From Azolla caroliniana (Eukaryota > Plantae > Polypodiophyta), in contig JBHGNT010000003.1 of NCBI GenBank assembly GCA_043228905.1, forward strand, positions 12,152,001-12,216,000: DNA of 64,000 nucleotides, written 5' to 3'. How positions within the stretch are numbered: the first letter of the stretch is position 1; every line of letters begins with the position of its first letter. Position numbers and translations under genes: made by a program. Positions 60,561 through 64,000 of the stretch are shown here, piece after piece. Below the pieces are notes generated by a model that saw only the letters and a program-made list of their open reading frames with translations, searched no databases and was not told the DNA's origin.

Positions 60561-61277
60561 ACTTTTTTATTTGCTCATAGTATCATTGAAACATTGCTCG
60601 TGGGAATGTCAGGTTGCACAACAAGTTTGGAGAAGAGTGTTCTGAATTCTAACCTTTATGTGTAGGGATGTCGATTTTTTGTGGAGTATGGTAGGATGGG
60701 CTATGATAGCACAAATGTTGTGGCCATATGAGGCATGTCCAAATGATACGATTATTACAATTCAAAGGGGAAGGATAAGGGTGGTGCAACGAAGATATAT
60801 GGAAATTCCTTATATGTTAAAGGAAATGCAAGAGGTATGGGAGTTGCTATGCACCACCAAAATGTGGTTAATTTCAACTGCTAGATGTTCTAAAGTGTTT
60901 GATAATACTATTGTTCATCCCATGGAAAGTGTACGGAACGTCTGGATGCATATGGTGCATACCTTGAAAGGGCGGTATGATGAAATTAAAGGTGAGACAG
61001 ATGTTGCAGTGTTGCAACGCCTTGAATTTATCACCTATTGGAACAAGCGCCCTTTTGTCACAATACAAAATGCAAGACCCATGTGGTGCCTAGCACCACC
61101 AATATGGTTGTTCCCATCCCCAATTACATAACTAGGTGAGTGTTGATATTGTCTATCCTTTAGGGATGGGGACCCATGGAAGAGTGCAACATATCAAGGG
61201 AAGCTTGACGGTAGGGCAACATTCTTGTAACAATTGTTTATAACTAATGAAAGGATATTTTGGGGGGGCCGGGGGGA
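60561..61277 (+). mobile_element. LINE (L1-like) 3' fragment
   Basis: ORF 60658-61131 resembles the ORF2 C-terminus (WLISTARCSKVF..VW..MV.TLK) and is homologous to 62109-62504; shared 3' motif TTTATAACTAATG.AAGGA. Confidence 0.6.
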
Positions 61278-61943
61278 ATCTTAGAGTTAACAAAGGGTTT
61301 TTGTTTGAGATGAGAGCTTGATGGATCCCCATCACAAGCAAAGCAATGTTTTGTTCAGTAGCTTAAGGCATACACTTTTAAATCAACATTTTCTTTTCTT
61401 CCATGCCTAACTAGCTCCAAAGGCCTAGCTTGCTCTTCATTAGTTCTCCACATGCAAGAAGGCTTTTGTGTTATAAGATTTTCTTTCTATTGTTACAAAA
61501 CATAGAAATTATAAGTTAACTTGGCAAACAACGATGGCCACTAGTGTCATGATACCAAAAAGCAATGACCACATAGATCTCATTGCAGAATGACCACAAC
61601 CAAATGATGATGGTCAAAAGGCTCATTATTCCCATGACTTTGAATAGCTAGATACCTTACAATGTGAACTCAAGACGAATAACCACATGGTGTCTAGTAT
61701 AATATAAGAACAAAACCATGCAAAAAAGACGATGGTAAGAGCATATAGTCGCATGAGAAATCAATAAAAAAACATGTCAACGAAAGAGAGAAATATTGGA
61801 AGGTATGATCAAATGGTTTGGGAGAAATGTTATTGTTTTTAAAGAAATCCCAGCATCGTCATATTTTCTTATCTCCTAAAAATAATATTAAAATTTAATA
61901 CTATATATAATTCTTAAAGATATAAAGTGATGGAGGTTTGCTC

Positions 61944-64000
61944 TTTTTTTTTCTTCTTTTTTTTCCAAAAAAAACTCCTTCCATTAGTTATAAATTTTTT
62001 ACAAATGAGGCGATTATGTACAAATCCCTAAAGGGACGCAATAGTTCCATCTAATGTGGAAGCCCATTGACTCAAGAAAGGGAGAGGACGACCATTGTTG
62101 GATGAAGGCTATGCGTTGTCTTTCAACTCCCTCGGAGCCACCTTTAAGGCCATATATTGGCTCTTCAGAGTGGCTACAATTTCACTCCATATCTCTTGCA
62201 ATAACCTTGTTGGATGGGTGGTTTGGTTGGAGAAGACTCGCCTACATCGTTGTTTCCATAGAATCCAAAGGGTTATTGGGCTGACCAATTCCAACACCTC
62301 TTGAGATTTGTCATTAAGAGGAAAATAGTGGACATTGTCACTGGAGGAGAAAAGAACCTCTTGTGCTTTTATCACCAAAGTCATCCCCTCCTCCTGATGC
62401 TCGTATCGGCCAATTGCAGCTTGCCATGATAGCCAACATATATTTCCCCACTTGATTGAACCTTGCACCTGGCATAATTGCAACAAGCGGCCAACCCCCC
62501 CCAATTTCTATGGGACGTTGGGCAGTCCCACAGAGCGTGTCATATGGATTCTACTGCATGTGGGCACTCTACACAATTAGGAGAGTTAAGGTTCCCACGT
62601 TGCCATGCTCCCACCGGTAGGGACTTATGTATTAACAACCATTGGAAAGTGGTAATTCGCCTCGCGTGTTGTTGCTTCCAGATTATCTGCCAAAACTTGG
62701 TAATTATTGCGGAGGGAACTTGAAATGTGTGCCAGACCTTCGCAGCAGCCGATTCTCGGGCGGCTTGAGCAGCTAGAATGTGGCGACCCAATCTAGTTGT
62801 GAATTGGAAGAAAGGGATGGGTTTGCTTCCTTGCCCCGCGTAGGGATCACGCCATGTCCATTGCAAAGGGTCCCAATTGACCTTACGCAGCCATGTGTTT
62901 TCATGAGTACATATATGCCAATCAGGTTGTACTTTGATCGGATCAGGATCTACAATCCATTTATGACCAGTGTACGCGAGTACTCGAATGGCGTTATTCT
63001 GTGTGGGTGTCGCAATGTCTCTAACTTCATGGCCTTCAAGCATGTCTGGTGATCCTCTACCTCTTGGGATCAGAGAGCCCTCCTCCTCGTGGCCTATCCA
63101 TTTCTCCATTGTCGTCCTTTGAATAGCAGAGTCCCTAATCAGTAATGCGTTAATGATTTCTGATCTCATAGTCCATCCACCCCTGATTCCATGTAGTATG
63201 TTCGCTTGATCTTGTAGTGGCATTGACATAAACCGTCGCCAACATTCAATACTTTTGCCTGGACCTTCTGCAATGTATCCCCATGAAAACCCCTTACGTG
63301 ATCCCAGTAGTTGATTAGATTCATCCTTGACACATGGGTTCCATAGGATACGTTGACTGAGCCAGGCAGGTTCGGATCTCGGTTGATCACACTGGAGCCC
63401 CCGACGAATGTCACACCATGCCTTCCACATGGATGTACTGAATCTGTCCTCCAAATGGCGGGAGAAACTAGGTTTGAGATCCATGTTTAGAATCCATCCC
63501 GTTTGGGGGGCCCAATTAACCCCTTTCTGTGGCTTAAAGTAAGCGAAACGTAATCTCAGTAGCATTTTCCAACAATCATTTCCTGGTTGGAGTCCTCGCA
63601 CCACAAATTTGGCAAGTAAGGCTTTCGATTGTGAAAGGGGATCAATAAGACCCAATCCCCCTCTCGACTTAGGCGTTGTGAGTATAGGCCACGCCACCTT
63701 GGCGCGAGCTACATGGTCTTCCTTACCAGACCAAATGTAGTTGCGGACCAGTCGTTGAATCTGATGTATACTTTCCTTGGAGATTGTCCAGCATGATAGA
63801 CTGTACCATGTTGTTACGAGGAGTACCTGATTTGCCACTATGATGCGACCTGCTAGCGACAATTTTTTAGAGCTCCAATGTATCAACTTTTGTCGAATGG
63901 AGAGGATAGCAGGTGCAATCATAGTCTCCGGCGGTATGTTGAAGCCAATTTGGAAGCCCAAATATATGGTGCTCACACCTTGATTGATCCACTTGAAAGC
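61944..64000 (-). mobile_element. LINE (L1-like) ORF2 3' part with A-rich tail, continuing beyond the window
   Basis: YLGFQIG, WSSKKLSLAGRIIVANQVL, KVAWPILTTPKSRGGLG, zf-RVT-like FQWLL.HKSLPV..CVEC; T-run 61944-61964 is the poly(A) on the minus strand. Confidence 0.9.

Overview
Gene-free, heterochromatin-like plant genomic DNA (inferred moss/bryophyte from the retroelement lineages), made almost entirely of nested retrotransposons. Several Ty1/copia elements (A, B, N, C, Q, R, M, J, K) are present. Ty3/gypsy elements include an Athila/Tat-like element with a long extra ORF (D), non-chromovirus Phygy-like elements (F, G, H, O; tRNA-Trp PBS and 4-bp TSD seen in F and G) and a Tcn1-like chromovirus (I). 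There are also two young gag-only non-autonomous elements (E, G), a solo LTR, two LINE 3' parts and two unexplained repeat arrays. Most boundaries are fixed by TG..CA ends, TSDs, PBS and PPT read directly from the sequence. Main observations: (1) degenerate tRNA-like A-box/B-box modules sit antisense in the U3 of several different gypsy LTR families; (2) two -1 frameshift cassettes (slippery heptamer plus stem/pseudoknot), one of them between protease and RT; (3) an array of about 50-bp palindromes with four successive 157-160-bp spacings; (4) an autonomous/gag-only partner pair (F/G); (5) clear recombination and DSB-repair scars. No host protein-coding gene, true tRNA/rRNA gene or CRISPR array is supported. 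Lineage names are by-eye assignments, not database results.
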